Of a stretch of 64,000 nucleotides of DNA, positions 31,067 through 38,734 are shown piece after piece. The DNA lies in the IMG/VR virus record IMGVR_UViG_3300026472_000003, positions 82,851 to 146,850 of that record. The stretch is one strand, 5' to 3'. Origin of the DNA: a virus. Its lineage: Duplodnaviria > Heunggongvirae > Uroviricota > Caudoviricetes. How positions within the stretch are numbered: position 1 is the stretch's first letter; each line of letters opens with the position of its first letter. The notes below the pieces were generated by a model. The model was not told the origin of the DNA. It worked only from the letters and a program-made list of their open reading frames with translations, and made no database searches. The position numbers and the translations under genes are program-made.

Positions 31067-32602
31067 TTATCGTCTCTTATACAAGGTCGGTGCATTAACC
31101 CTTGGAATGGTGACGGCTCTAATAATTTCTGTTTTCTCCAAGTAGTTAACACCAGAGGATATTGCATCCACCCAGTCATCCTTGCGGGAGACTGTGGAGC
31201 GTTCTCCGTTAAAGGACTCAAGCTCTTTCATCAAGGCTTCGTATGTGTGTGAATCAAAACTTGATCTCACGATGTACACAAAACCTTGCTGGGCTAGTTG
31301 AGCAAAAGGAGAGAACCTTGTAATTTTAGCCTTGTTTCCAGGTGTCGGGTCTTTCTCCACAACATACCCTTCTGCAAGCAACGCTCTTGAGGAGGTGACA
31401 AACTCACTGATACCCGCTTGACCTGGGTCAACTGAGAATATGATGGTTACATCATCTCCGTCATGGATTGCTTGCTTTTTAATGATGAGGTCTCTTTCCC
31501 CTGCCTTTTTACAAAAGCGACCTTCTGTTTGAGTTGAGTAAAGTCCATCATCTATGAACTCAGGGCAGTAATCTCCAGACAGATAATAGAATCCATCCTC
31601 GTCCTTACTGACCTTGATACCTGCTGTAAAGTCAGGTGTCTTATTCCCTGATGTTCTCTCTGTGCCAGCCTTGTCATAAGATCTTACAGATTTTGCGTTC
31701 AACGGAACTTTGTCAGCATCTTTAAGGTAGCTTCTTAAGAAATAGTTTGCACCCTCTGGGCGAGCATTCCAGTTACCGTAGAGAAGCTGTGCTTTCTCAA
31801 CCTCAGGAAGACCTTTAAGAAACGCAAGGTATTCCTTGTTGTTTTCAAGCATAGGAGGGTTATCGTAGATGTTAGCAGAAATAAAGGAAAAGGTCAAAGC
31901 ATCTTCTCCGTCCTCTTCTCCGTACTTCTCAATCAACTCTTCTTTAGTTTCTGCCCACAAGAAATTACCATCTTTACGAATAAACCAACGAATAACCCCA
32001 TCCCGCTCTGGCATAGGGTAGCCTTCATCATCGAGATACCACTCAATCAACTCTTTTATTTTGTGGTCTGGGTCAGGGTTACAGGAGATAACCATACGAC
32101 TTGGGTATTTTGATTCAGAACGAAGACGAGAAATCAGGTAGTCGATTTGATCCCACTCGAACTGGCATCCCTCGTCAAACCCAACAAAGGTGTACTGCAA
32201 GCCCTGATGGTTAAGTTTATCTTTCACGTATTCCATGTGTGACCATTTCACTTTGGCACCAGTTGGGAATATCGCCTCAAGATCCTTCTCTCTAAAGCGT
32301 GGCTTCCACTTCTTATCCAACTCGTTATAAATCCCACGAGCGGTATCGAAAAGACCACCTTGACCTTTTAATTGTGGGGTTGTTCTACGGAACATGATGC
32401 AGCTTGTTTTTGGGTCATCAATCAACGCCAGAGGCATCAATTGAAGTAGATATGATTTTCCTGAACCAGCCGCCCCACCGATGATAAGGATCTGAGCTTT
32501 GTTCTCCAGGATCATCTTTTGTTTTGGACTGGCAGGCCCGAATGTTTTACTCACGGAACCTCCAATGTTTGAGGGTAGCCCTCGATACATTGATTTTACC
32601 AT
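31067..32602 (-). CDS. terminase large subunit
   Basis: 511 aa, N-terminal Walker A (ILIIGGAAGSGKS), nuclease-like C-terminal half. Confidence 0.8.
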   Translation of the reverse strand: MVKSMYRGLPSNIGGSVSKTFGPASPKQKMILENKAQILIIGGAAGSGKSYLLQLMPLALIDDPKTSCIMFRRTTPQLKGQGGLFDTARGIYNELDKKWKPRFREKDLEAIFPTGAKVKWSHMEYVKDKLNHQGLQYTFVGFDEGCQFEWDQIDYLISRLRSESKYPSRMVISCNPDPDHKIKELIEWYLDDEGYPMPERDGVIRWFIRKDGNFLWAETKEELIEKYGEEDGEDALTFSFISANIYDNPPMLENNKEYLAFLKGLPEVEKAQLLYGNWNARPEGANYFLRSYLKDADKVPLNAKSVRSYDKAGTERTSGNKTPDFTAGIKVSKDEDGFYYLSGDYCPEFIDDGLYSTQTEGRFCKKAGERDLIIKKQAIHDGDDVTIIFSVDPGQAGISEFVTSSRALLAEGYVVEKDPTPGNKAKITRFSPFAQLAQQGFVYIVRSSFDSHTYEALMKELESFNGERSTVSRKDDWVDAISSGVNYLEKTEIIRAVTIPRVNAPTLYKRR

Positions 32603-32651
32603 GAAAGACTATAAAAATAAAGCCCTTAACTTATTGCAAGGGCTTTGTCAA

Positions 32652-32945
32652 TCATTTATTGTCTGCAAAGATGTTGTTTATGTACTTCTGCAACACCTTC
32701 AGACTCTCTCTTGCCCTCATGGCTTCAAGGTTGTTTTGCCTCATTACGGACGTGTTGCCGGAGGTGGTATCTCCCTTCTTCATAAGGATTGGCTCCTTAG
32801 GCTCTATCATTGCATCCGCTGGCGGTTTGGCTAAGAGGTCTGAAATCTTAGGTTTCTCCACAACAGGGACTACAGTTGGCGGGGGAGGGGTTGACCCACA
32901 ACCCACCAGTACAGCCGCCAGTAGAATCACGACCAGTTTATTCAC
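32652..32945 (-). CDS. o-spanin (outer-membrane lipoprotein, Rz1-like)
   Basis: Signal peptide plus lipobox LVGC, Pro-rich mature part. Start overlaps the i-spanin end. Confidence 0.6.
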   Translation of the reverse strand: MNKLVVILLAAVLVGCGSTPPPPTVVPVVEKPKISDLLAKPPADAMIEPKEPILMKKGDTTSGNTSVMRQNNLEAMRARESLKVLQKYINNIFADNK

Positions 32946-33348
32946 GTTTCACCCCCAAGCTCTGGTTGTAGATCTCAACAGCCTTGTCATCAAGGCCCGT
33001 CTTCTTGCCATTATCTGAGTTGGCATATTCCTCTTGGCTCTTACCCGATTCCTCCGCTAACAAGGCGTTCTTTAGTCGCTCTTCTGCAAGTTGCTTTTGG
33101 AGGTCATCTGCGTAGGCCTGCTGTCCTTTTCTGAACTCTTCCTGAGTCTTATCATTCTCAACCATAGCCTTCGTCCATTTTGCATCTGCGTCTTTCACTC
33201 CCTGGGTGTACTGAGAGGACAATTGATTTTCATACCACGAGTTAACCTTCATACCTCCAAAGATTAACAGACCAACCAGCAAAATTGAAAGTAGCAGCAC
33301 CTTGTATTTTTTAACGAAGGCCAGCGCACCCTTTATCCAGATAATCAT
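32938..33348 (-). CDS. i-spanin (Rz-like)
   Basis: N-terminal TM helix followed by a periplasmic coiled-coil. Overlaps o-spanin by 8 nt. Confidence 0.55.
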   Translation of the reverse strand: MIIWIKGALAFVKKYKVLLLSILLVGLLIFGGMKVNSWYENQLSSQYTQGVKDADAKWTKAMVENDKTQEEFRKGQQAYADDLQKQLAEERLKNALLAEESGKSQEEYANSDNGKKTGLDDKAVEIYNQSLGVKRE

Positions 33349-34799
33349 GAGAAGTCTCCGTTACTTGAAACGTACTTGGTCACCACGGCACACACAGGGT
33401 GGTCTTTTTCTTCACCCTCACCATTCTGCATTAAAACTGTCACCTGATCACAACCAGAAGACCTCAACCTTTTGACATCAAGGACTTCCACCTCTAAGAG
33501 AACACGACCTTCTTTCTCGTTGTGGTTGTAAGTTGATAAGGCATCATCTTTGTCACAATAAAGTTCCAGCTTACCCCAAGATGGGTGTTTATTATCCATA
33601 CCCTTGTGGATCACCTGAGAGGAGTTCTCCGGCTCCAACAGATAGAAATGTTTACTCTTACAAACACCCCAGATCTTTTTAAAATAAGGGCGACCTGTAT
33701 TCTTACGCAAGAGGTTTATGACCTGGAAGTATTCCATCTTCTTGAGGGTGATGTGATTCACCTTCTCTCTATCTGCCTTTTCTTTGTCGGTGGCGATCTG
33801 CGTAATTGTCTTGTCACCCGCGTTGTCCAGCTTATCAAACAAGAGTTCAAAGGAAAAATCTCTGTCTTCCTTAAACAAAGTTTCAACGTTGGTGCCATAC
33901 ATCCCGCTGAGGTGCGCCTTGGCATCTTCCCATGAGCGCATTTCCAGGCGGGAAGCAGACAGGGCCAGTTTCATTGTCTCACGACGAGAGATTGTGTAAC
34001 CACGGGCCTCATACTTCCCCGCTCTCAACAAGGAGATGATCGGGTACTCAGTATTAGGATTAACAACCAAAACCTTCTGGGCAATATGCTTCAAGAAGCC
34101 TTTATCGAAGAACCACTCCCCAGTTTTAAAGCAGAAGGCCCCCATGTTGATCGTGAAGTCAAACTTATCAAAGATTGCTTGTGGGCTATCAAACACATTG
34201 AAGGCAATCACCTGCATGACAGGGGCGCGTTGGTTTGTGTACATCACGCTCTTGTCAGTCATCCCAACATTACTGATAAAGCTGGCTGTCTTCACTTGAG
34301 GGGAGTCATCAGTCTCAGCCTCAGATAAAAGCTCACGAAGTTTCTCCATAGCAGACCGCTTTTCCAAAGCACGAGTCATCTCTTGTAGTTGTTCAGATGT
34401 CATTGGTCTACGGTGTACTGCATCTGGGTCGGGAGTCACCATGACCTTGGCCTGGATGTTTTCCAAACTGAAACCGTCAAGTTTCTTAAATCGACGATAG
34501 TTTCTTTTTGTCTCATTCCAACCATTCGTGTTATTGGTCAGGTCGTGCTTGCCAGCACGAAGATCCCTGTCGTGCATGTAGGAGATGAACACCTCCATAT
34601 CATCCCATGAACGGAAGTAAAGGTCGAGGTCATTGACATCTCGGTTAGAAAAGAGGGATGTGAGTGTCCCACCTGCGACCATTACGTCTAGCAGGGAGAG
34701 GAGGTTGTAGACGTCCTCGTCAAACAAACTCTTTAAGATGCTAGCTTCTCGTTGGAAGTCTTCGCGGGGATAAGTGTGCATTATTTTCTCCTGTATCAT
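33345..34799 (-). CDS. Pol-beta superfamily nucleotidyltransferase-like protein
   Basis: N-terminal AGGTLTSLFSNRDVNDLDL has the same GG-x12-DxD spacing as the CCA-adding/poly(A) polymerase head motif GGxVRDxLLGx4DxD. Confidence 0.35.
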   Translation of the reverse strand: MIQEKIMHTYPREDFQREASILKSLFDEDVYNLLSLLDVMVAGGTLTSLFSNRDVNDLDLYFRSWDDMEVFISYMHDRDLRAGKHDLTNNTNGWNETKRNYRRFKKLDGFSLENIQAKVMVTPDPDAVHRRPMTSEQLQEMTRALEKRSAMEKLRELLSEAETDDSPQVKTASFISNVGMTDKSVMYTNQRAPVMQVIAFNVFDSPQAIFDKFDFTINMGAFCFKTGEWFFDKGFLKHIAQKVLVVNPNTEYPIISLLRAGKYEARGYTISRRETMKLALSASRLEMRSWEDAKAHLSGMYGTNVETLFKEDRDFSFELLFDKLDNAGDKTITQIATDKEKADREKVNHITLKKMEYFQVINLLRKNTGRPYFKKIWGVCKSKHFYLLEPENSSQVIHKGMDNKHPSWGKLELYCDKDDALSTYNHNEKEGRVLLEVEVLDVKRLRSSGCDQVTVLMQNGEGEEKDHPVCAVVTKYVSSNGDFS

Positions 34800-34818
34800 T
34801 TAGAATTACAGGATAGCA

Positions 34819-34847
34819 GAAAAAGAAAAGCCCCGCAATAGCGGGGC
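34819..34847 (-). terminator. rho-independent terminator ending the tRNA array transcript
   Basis: GCCCCGC-AATA-GCGGGGC stem with UUUUCUUUUU on the minus strand. Confidence 0.6.
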
Positions 34848-34951
34848 GAGGCAAAGGAGAGGAGATAAGTTTTATTTTTATTAGTATTTGGTTGGGTGTT
34901 CCCTTAATGAGGGACGCTTACGGTGCAGGGCTGTTCTTGGATACCCAATTC

Positions 34952-35027
34952 TGGTAGCGGGTAGCAGACTCGAACTGCTCTTCATTCGGCGTATGAAACC
35001 GATGACCTCCCCGAGGTCTAACCCGCA
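34952..35027 (-). tRNA. tRNA-Met(CAU), initiator-like
   Basis: Acceptor UGCGGGU/ACCCGCU with 1-72 U.U mismatch. D-arm GACC/GGUC, anticodon stem UCGGU/GCCGA with loop UUCAUAC, T-arm AGCAG-UUCGAGU-CUGCU, CCA encoded. 5' end overlaps the last 10 nt of the HNH ORF. Confidence 0.55.
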
Positions 35028-35545
35028 ATTATTTTGTAATTGAACACAGCAGCCAGGAACTTTTCATCTTCCCTTGTTGAGTGCTCTAGGATATGGCAAT
35101 TTGCACAAAGAAGCTCACACTTTTCTATCTCAGAAAGAAGAATGTCCCAAGACCTGTTTGAAAATCTTCCTATTTCAAAATCTTTGTCTCTCAGATGGTG
35201 GAACTGGAGAGCAGTGGGATTATCATAACCACAACGATTACAACAACCTCCTAAATGGCTTATCGCCTTGAGCTTATTCCTATGTCTTCTTATTTTTGTA
35301 ACGCAAGTGGGGCAGGTGTGTCTTCTTTTACACTCTTTACCACAAACCTTACAGACATTGGTGGAATTTTTCTTATTGTTCGGAAGATTTAGAGTCTTTA
35401 GCTTTAGGGAGACAAGACGAGACTTCATTGTTGAAGTGGGTATGCCATAATGCCTTGCTAGCATACTGACAGAGTGTCCTTGGGCAATAAGATCTTCTAT
35501 TCCTTCCATACATCCTCTAATTGGTGCAGAGGGAAGGTATCGCAC
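35018..35545 (-). CDS. HNH homing endonuclease
   Basis: Cys-rich zinc-finger region and C-terminal ..LLCANCHILEH.. HNH motif, located inside the tRNA array. Confidence 0.65.
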   Translation of the reverse strand: MRYLPSAPIRGCMEGIEDLIAQGHSVSMLARHYGIPTSTMKSRLVSLKLKTLNLPNNKKNSTNVCKVCGKECKRRHTCPTCVTKIRRHRNKLKAISHLGGCCNRCGYDNPTALQFHHLRDKDFEIGRFSNRSWDILLSEIEKCELLCANCHILEHSTREDEKFLAAVFNYKIIAG

Positions 35546-35602
35546 CTTCCTCTAAAGCTCTTCAGGCAATCGCTAATCTCTCTCAGCTACCTCTGCAAAA
35601 CT

Positions 35603-35680
35603 TGGTGGGTAATCTCGGACTCGAACCGAGAAGCTCCTGTTTCTAAAACAGGAAGGTATACCAATTCCCTTCAACTACCC
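35603..35680 (-). tRNA. tRNA with anticodon UAG (Leu by code, but type-I architecture)
   Basis: Acceptor GGGUAGU/AUUACCC, anticodon stem CCUGU/ACAGG with loop UUUAGAA, 5-nt variable loop, T-arm CUCGG-UUCGAGU-CCGAG, CCA encoded. Confidence 0.5.
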
Positions 35681-35785
35681 TGAATATTGCCTCATTAACC
35701 AGGCGCGACCTGAGAAGTTCACCACCGGAGCGATGCTTGAGGACTCCTGTGAAACGAGGAGGCTCTGATTTCCTCTTCGTTAAAT

Positions 35786-35863
35786 TGGTCGGAATTGAAG
35801 GACTCGAACCTTCGACCTCTTAGTCCCAAACTAAGCGCTGCTACCAGACTGAGCTAAACTCCG
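35786..35863 (-). tRNA. tRNA-Pro(UGG)
   Basis: Acceptor CGGAGUU/AAUUCCG, anticodon loop UUUGGGA, T-arm GAAGG-UUCGAGU-CCUUC, CCA encoded. Confidence 0.7.
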
Positions 35864-36089
35864 ATGTATTGCTTTTTAATTGTCCCAGAAGCACTTTCAG
35901 AAAACTGGTATCGCTGGCTAGCGAGTTCATGCCCCCGAAGGGTACAATTTGTTCGCAATGAGCAGGTATCACACCTACTGTCCTCCCCCACCGCTGGGGG
36001 TGCTCGTTACTGAGCTACATTGGCGATTGGTTTGATATGTCGAACTCTTTTTGAGTGCCTTCCGACAATTTACATCAACATATCAAATT

Positions 36090-36165
36090 TGGCGAGGATA
36101 ACGGGATTCGAACCCGTGACTCCGGCGTGACAGGCCAGTATGTTTACCGCTAATACCATATCCCC
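36090..36165 (-). tRNA. tRNA-Asp(GUC)
   Basis: Acceptor GGGGAUA/UAUCCUC, anticodon loop CUGUCAC, T-arm ACGGG-UUCGAAU-CCCGU, CCA encoded. Confidence 0.7.
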
Positions 36166-36170
36166 AGATT

Positions 36171-36256
36171 TGGCGACGAGAGAGGGACTCGAACCCCCAT
36201 AGAGCTTTCGCTCACGGATTAACAGTCCGCCGTTCTACCGAATGAACCATCTCGTC
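36171..36256 (-). tRNA. tRNA-Asn(GUU) with a 15-nt extended variable arm
   Basis: D-arm and anticodon arm (GUUC..GAAC G GCGGA CUGUUAA UCCGU) match the E. coli tRNA-Asn pattern, but the variable region is GAGCGAAAGCUCUAU with its own stem. Acceptor GACGAGA/UCUCGUC is perfect. Confidence 0.55.
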
Positions 36257-36426
36257 ATATTTTTTTTTTAACTTCACACTTAACGGTAGTGACTCACCTT
36301 ACTTTGTATTCGTCGGCCTGCATCTTTCAGCGTCACAGGGAGAGTGCCGTCTCTTTATCCCTATCGAGTAATTACTTTATCAGTGAAAACAACCTTCTGC
36401 AAGAATTATTTTCACTTTTTTCAATT

Positions 36427-36513
36427 TGGTGGGTCGGGTGGGATTCGAACCCAACGATCCCTCGATTAAAAGTCGAGTGCCTTAGTCATACGACGCCGCT
36501 TGGCTACAAACCC
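36427..36513 (-). tRNA. tRNA-Lys(UUU) candidate with enlarged D-loop (possible pseudogene)
   Basis: 3' half is canonical (CUCGA-CUUUUAA-UCGAG, T-arm, CCGACCC-A-CCA). The only 5' partner found (GGGUUUG) leaves a 20-nt D-loop carrying an inserted hairpin. Confidence 0.35.
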
Positions 36514-36659
36514 AGATAGTTGGCAGCTTAGGAGAGTCCTGAGACTTGTCCCGCTGTCTGGTCGAGGCGCTTGCATAGCAGAGGGGCTTCTCAACCTATA
36601 CGGCTTATGTGGGAGATCATCATCGTTCGAGACGAGAGGGGAACTTCCCACTACCTGTT

Positions 36660-36748
36660 TGGAGGAGGGTGACAGAATCGAACTGTCGCCGTATCTCTAC
36701 GACGGGACTGGGTTCAAACCAGATTACGCACCATGCGTCCCACCCTCC
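36660..36748 (-). tRNA. tRNA-Ser(UGA)
   Basis: Class II tRNA, acceptor GGAGGGU/ACCCUCC, anticodon loop UUUGAAC, long variable arm, T-arm GACAG-UUCGAUU-CUGUC. Confidence 0.65.
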
Positions 36749-36827
36749 GAAAATTCGGCATCTAAGCCAGTTAGTGTTTCCCTGGATTTATACACGCTGG
36801 TTCACTAACTCCACGCTCGTGTCGAAT

Positions 36828-36917
36828 TGGCGGAGAAAGAAGGATTTGAACCTTCGGGCCACCTTGGTGACCCCTCCCTTAGCAGGGGAGTGCCTTAAAC
36901 CACTCAGCCATTTCTCC
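36828..36917 (-). tRNA. tRNA-Ser(GCU)
   Basis: Class II tRNA, acceptor GGAGAAA/UUUCUCC, anticodon arm CUCCC-CUGCUAA-GGGAG, long variable arm. Confidence 0.7.
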
Positions 36918-37063
36918 ATTGATTTCTTTTCGAAGATCACGCTTCTCTTTGTTTCTTCCGACGGCTATTGATTGAATCCCCGCAGAGACTCCGCAATTAC
37001 TGCCGTGTAAACGGCACCGACCAAAAACTTTCTTGCAACCCAATAACTTTTGCATATGATCTC

Positions 37064-37471
37064 CTATTTACCTGTTCTGCCGTACTGAGACTTTCTTCTT
37101 TCTGGGCAGTAGTTAGAGGAACTGTACACACGCCTAGCTTCCTTACACAAGTCACAACGGCAATTGTGAGAAGTGTATCTACTAAGTGTCCCATGCTCTG
37201 CAACTGGGCGTCGAGCATCAGCCACATTACAGGAGAGGTGGCTGAAAGAAATATTATTTAAATCAAAGTATAATCCAACAGGGTCTTCGCTGTCCAACCA
37301 AGGAACCAAGTGTTCAATAGAAAATGTATCTCTCGTCATTTTCTCATGACACTTGCAGCAAGTATCCTTACTGGTTTCTATCAGCAAGCCCCAGAGAATG
37401 TCTTTTGTCAACCTTCCTGATGCCGTGCTTGGATTCATACTTAGTTGTTCTTTTTTCTTATCACTCATCAA
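37064..37471 (-). CDS. HNH-like endonuclease (zinc-finger)
   Basis: 135 aa with multiple C-x2-C/H pairs (CCKCHEK.., SHLSCNVA.., CRCDLC), inside the tRNA array. Confidence 0.45.
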   Translation of the reverse strand: MMSDKKKEQLSMNPSTASGRLTKDILWGLLIETSKDTCCKCHEKMTRDTFSIEHLVPWLDSEDPVGLYFDLNNISFSHLSCNVADARRPVAEHGTLSRYTSHNCRCDLCKEARRVYSSSNYCPERRKSQYGRTGK

Positions 37472-37493
37472 CTCTCCTGCGAGGTTAGATTTT

Positions 37494-37587
37494 TGGTGGT
37501 AGAGGAGAGATTCGAACTCTCGGAGCCAGGGTTAACTGGCCCGTCACCTTTCCAAGATGATGTCTTAAGCCTCTCGACCACTCTACC
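37494..37587 (-). tRNA. tRNA-Ser(GGA)
   Basis: Class II tRNA, D-arm like E. coli Ser(GGA) (UGGUCGAGAGGCUUAAG), anticodon loop UUGGAAA, acceptor GGUAGAG/CUCUACC. Confidence 0.65.
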
Positions 37588-37670
37588 GTTTCGCTTTGCC
37601 CTTGGACTCTCACCGTGGTATGCCTTGTAGAACAGATTAACTGGGAACATAGGTCATACGGGCCATCAGG

Positions 37671-37743
37671 GGTGACCTGTGGGTCTCGAACCCACCACCT
37701 CTTAGATCACAACCAAGGGTTCTACCAGATGAACTAAGGCCAC
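37671..37743 (-). tRNA. tRNA-His(GUG)
   Basis: Anticodon arm CUUGG-UUGUGAU-CUAAG, T-arm GUGGG-UUCGAGA-CCCAC. CCA not encoded. 5' G consistent with the G-1 feature. Confidence 0.6.
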
Positions 37744-37814
37744 GTCAAAACATTCTCCCAGCTTCTGAGTGTATTCAAGAGCGGCAGGCCTACCACTTGA
37801 AGAATGTTTTAAGA

Positions 37815-37890
37815 TGGCAAGGGATCGTGGATTCGAACCACGGAATGCTGATATCAAAGACCAGTGCCTTAACCGCTTGGCTAATCCCTT
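37815..37890 (-). tRNA. tRNA-Gln(UUG)
   Basis: Acceptor AAGGGAU/AUCCCUU, anticodon loop CUUUGAU, T-arm CGUGG-UUCGAAU-CCACG. Confidence 0.65.
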
Positions 37891-37891
37891 A

Positions 37892-37978
37892 TGGCAGGAA
37901 GAACAGGATTCGAACCTGTAGTGGGGTTTCCCCGACGGATTTGGAATCCGTTGCGTTCAGCCATTTCGCTACCTCCCT
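37892..37978 (-). tRNA. tRNA-Trp(CCA) with extended variable arm
   Basis: Acceptor AGGGAGG/UCUUCCU-G (Trp-like 5' A and discriminator G), anticodon arm ACGGA-UUCCAAA-UCCGU, variable region CGGGGAAACCCCACU (hairpin), T-arm ACAGG-UUCGAAU-CCUGU. Confidence 0.5.
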
Positions 37979-37980
37979 AT

Positions 37981-38148
37981 TTACAGCGTATAAAGACGAT
38001 TCAAGAACTCTGCTGTTGGTCGCATACTCTCAGCTTGAGCCAAGAATTGTTTATCCAATGCTTCGAGACGGGCTTTGATTCTTGCCACGTCTTCATCAGT
38101 GAAGACCACGGGCCTTGAAGCAATATCAAGAAGCTCTTCTATTGTCAT
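37981..38148 (-). CDS. small hypothetical protein embedded in tRNA array
   Basis: Coding-like composition. Start chosen at the internal ATG (38148) with GAGGU RBS, because the longer ORF (to 38175) would overlap tRNA-Glu. Confidence 0.35.
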   Translation of the reverse strand: MTIEELLDIASRPVVFTDEDVARIKARLEALDKQFLAQAESMRPTAEFLNRLYTL

Positions 38149-38163
38149 CTTTACCTCGTTGTT

Positions 38164-38239
38164 TGGTACTCTCAACGGGATTCGAACCCGTGTTGTCTGC
38201 GTGAAAGGCAGGTGTCCTGATCCTCTAGACGATAAGAGC
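38164..38239 (-). tRNA. tRNA-Glu(UUC)
   Basis: GUCUAGAGG..CAGGACACC..CCUUUCAC pattern as in E. coli tRNA-Glu. T-arm ACGGG-UUCGAAU-CCCGU. Confidence 0.7.
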
Positions 38240-38453
38240 GTTGTGTTCCACAGGCTTCGGGTCTTTCGGGGTTACTCGTTTGTCTACGCTACTATTAACC
38301 CTTATTTGCGTTTGTGATTTCTCACATGGAGACCTATACAGGTCTGTAGACCTAAGAGCGTTTCTGCCTGAAAATCTTGACTGGATTATTCTCAACGATG
38401 AAGACCAGCCTCAAGCATCGTATAGCAAACATACGGGTTTGCAACCTAAGAGT

Positions 38454-38527
38454 TGGAGCGATTAGGGAGATTCGAACTCCACTCTGCGAGGCTTGGAAGG
38501 CCTGCGACACACCTCGTGCTTAATCGC
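38454..38527 (-). tRNA. tRNA-Gly(UCC)
   Basis: Acceptor GCGAUUA/UAAUCGC perfect, anticodon region GCCUUCCAAGC, ends CGCUCCA, 74 nt. Confidence 0.6.
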
Positions 38528-38533
38528 TGAAAC

Positions 38534-38609
38534 TGGTGGGAGTAGGTGGGTTCGAACCACCGACCTGACGCTTATCGAGCGCCTGCTCTACCGACTGAGC
38601 TATACTCCC
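38534..38609 (-). tRNA. tRNA-Ile(GAU)
   Basis: Canonical tRNA: GGGAGUA UA GCUC AGUCGGUA GAGC A GGCGC UCGAUAA GCGUC .. GGUGG UUCGAAC CCACC UACUCCC A CCA. Confidence 0.8.
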
Positions 38610-38620
38610 TCTGTGTTTGT

Positions 38621-38689
38621 TGCATGAATCAGGACTCGAACCTGAACGGGGGCTTTGCAGTCGTCCCCTGACCCTATTGTCGCTTACGC
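38621..38689 (-). ncRNA. tRNA-like element / degenerate tRNA (no canonical D or anticodon arm)
   Basis: Good T-arm UCAGG-UUCGAGU-CCUGA and a 6/7 acceptor pairing GCGUAAG/UUCAUGC, but the centre is a GGGG-N12-CCCC hairpin and no CCA. Confidence 0.3.
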
Positions 38690-38734
38690 TATCGTCGGCT
38701 CTACGTCTACCCATTCCGTCATTCACACGTCATT

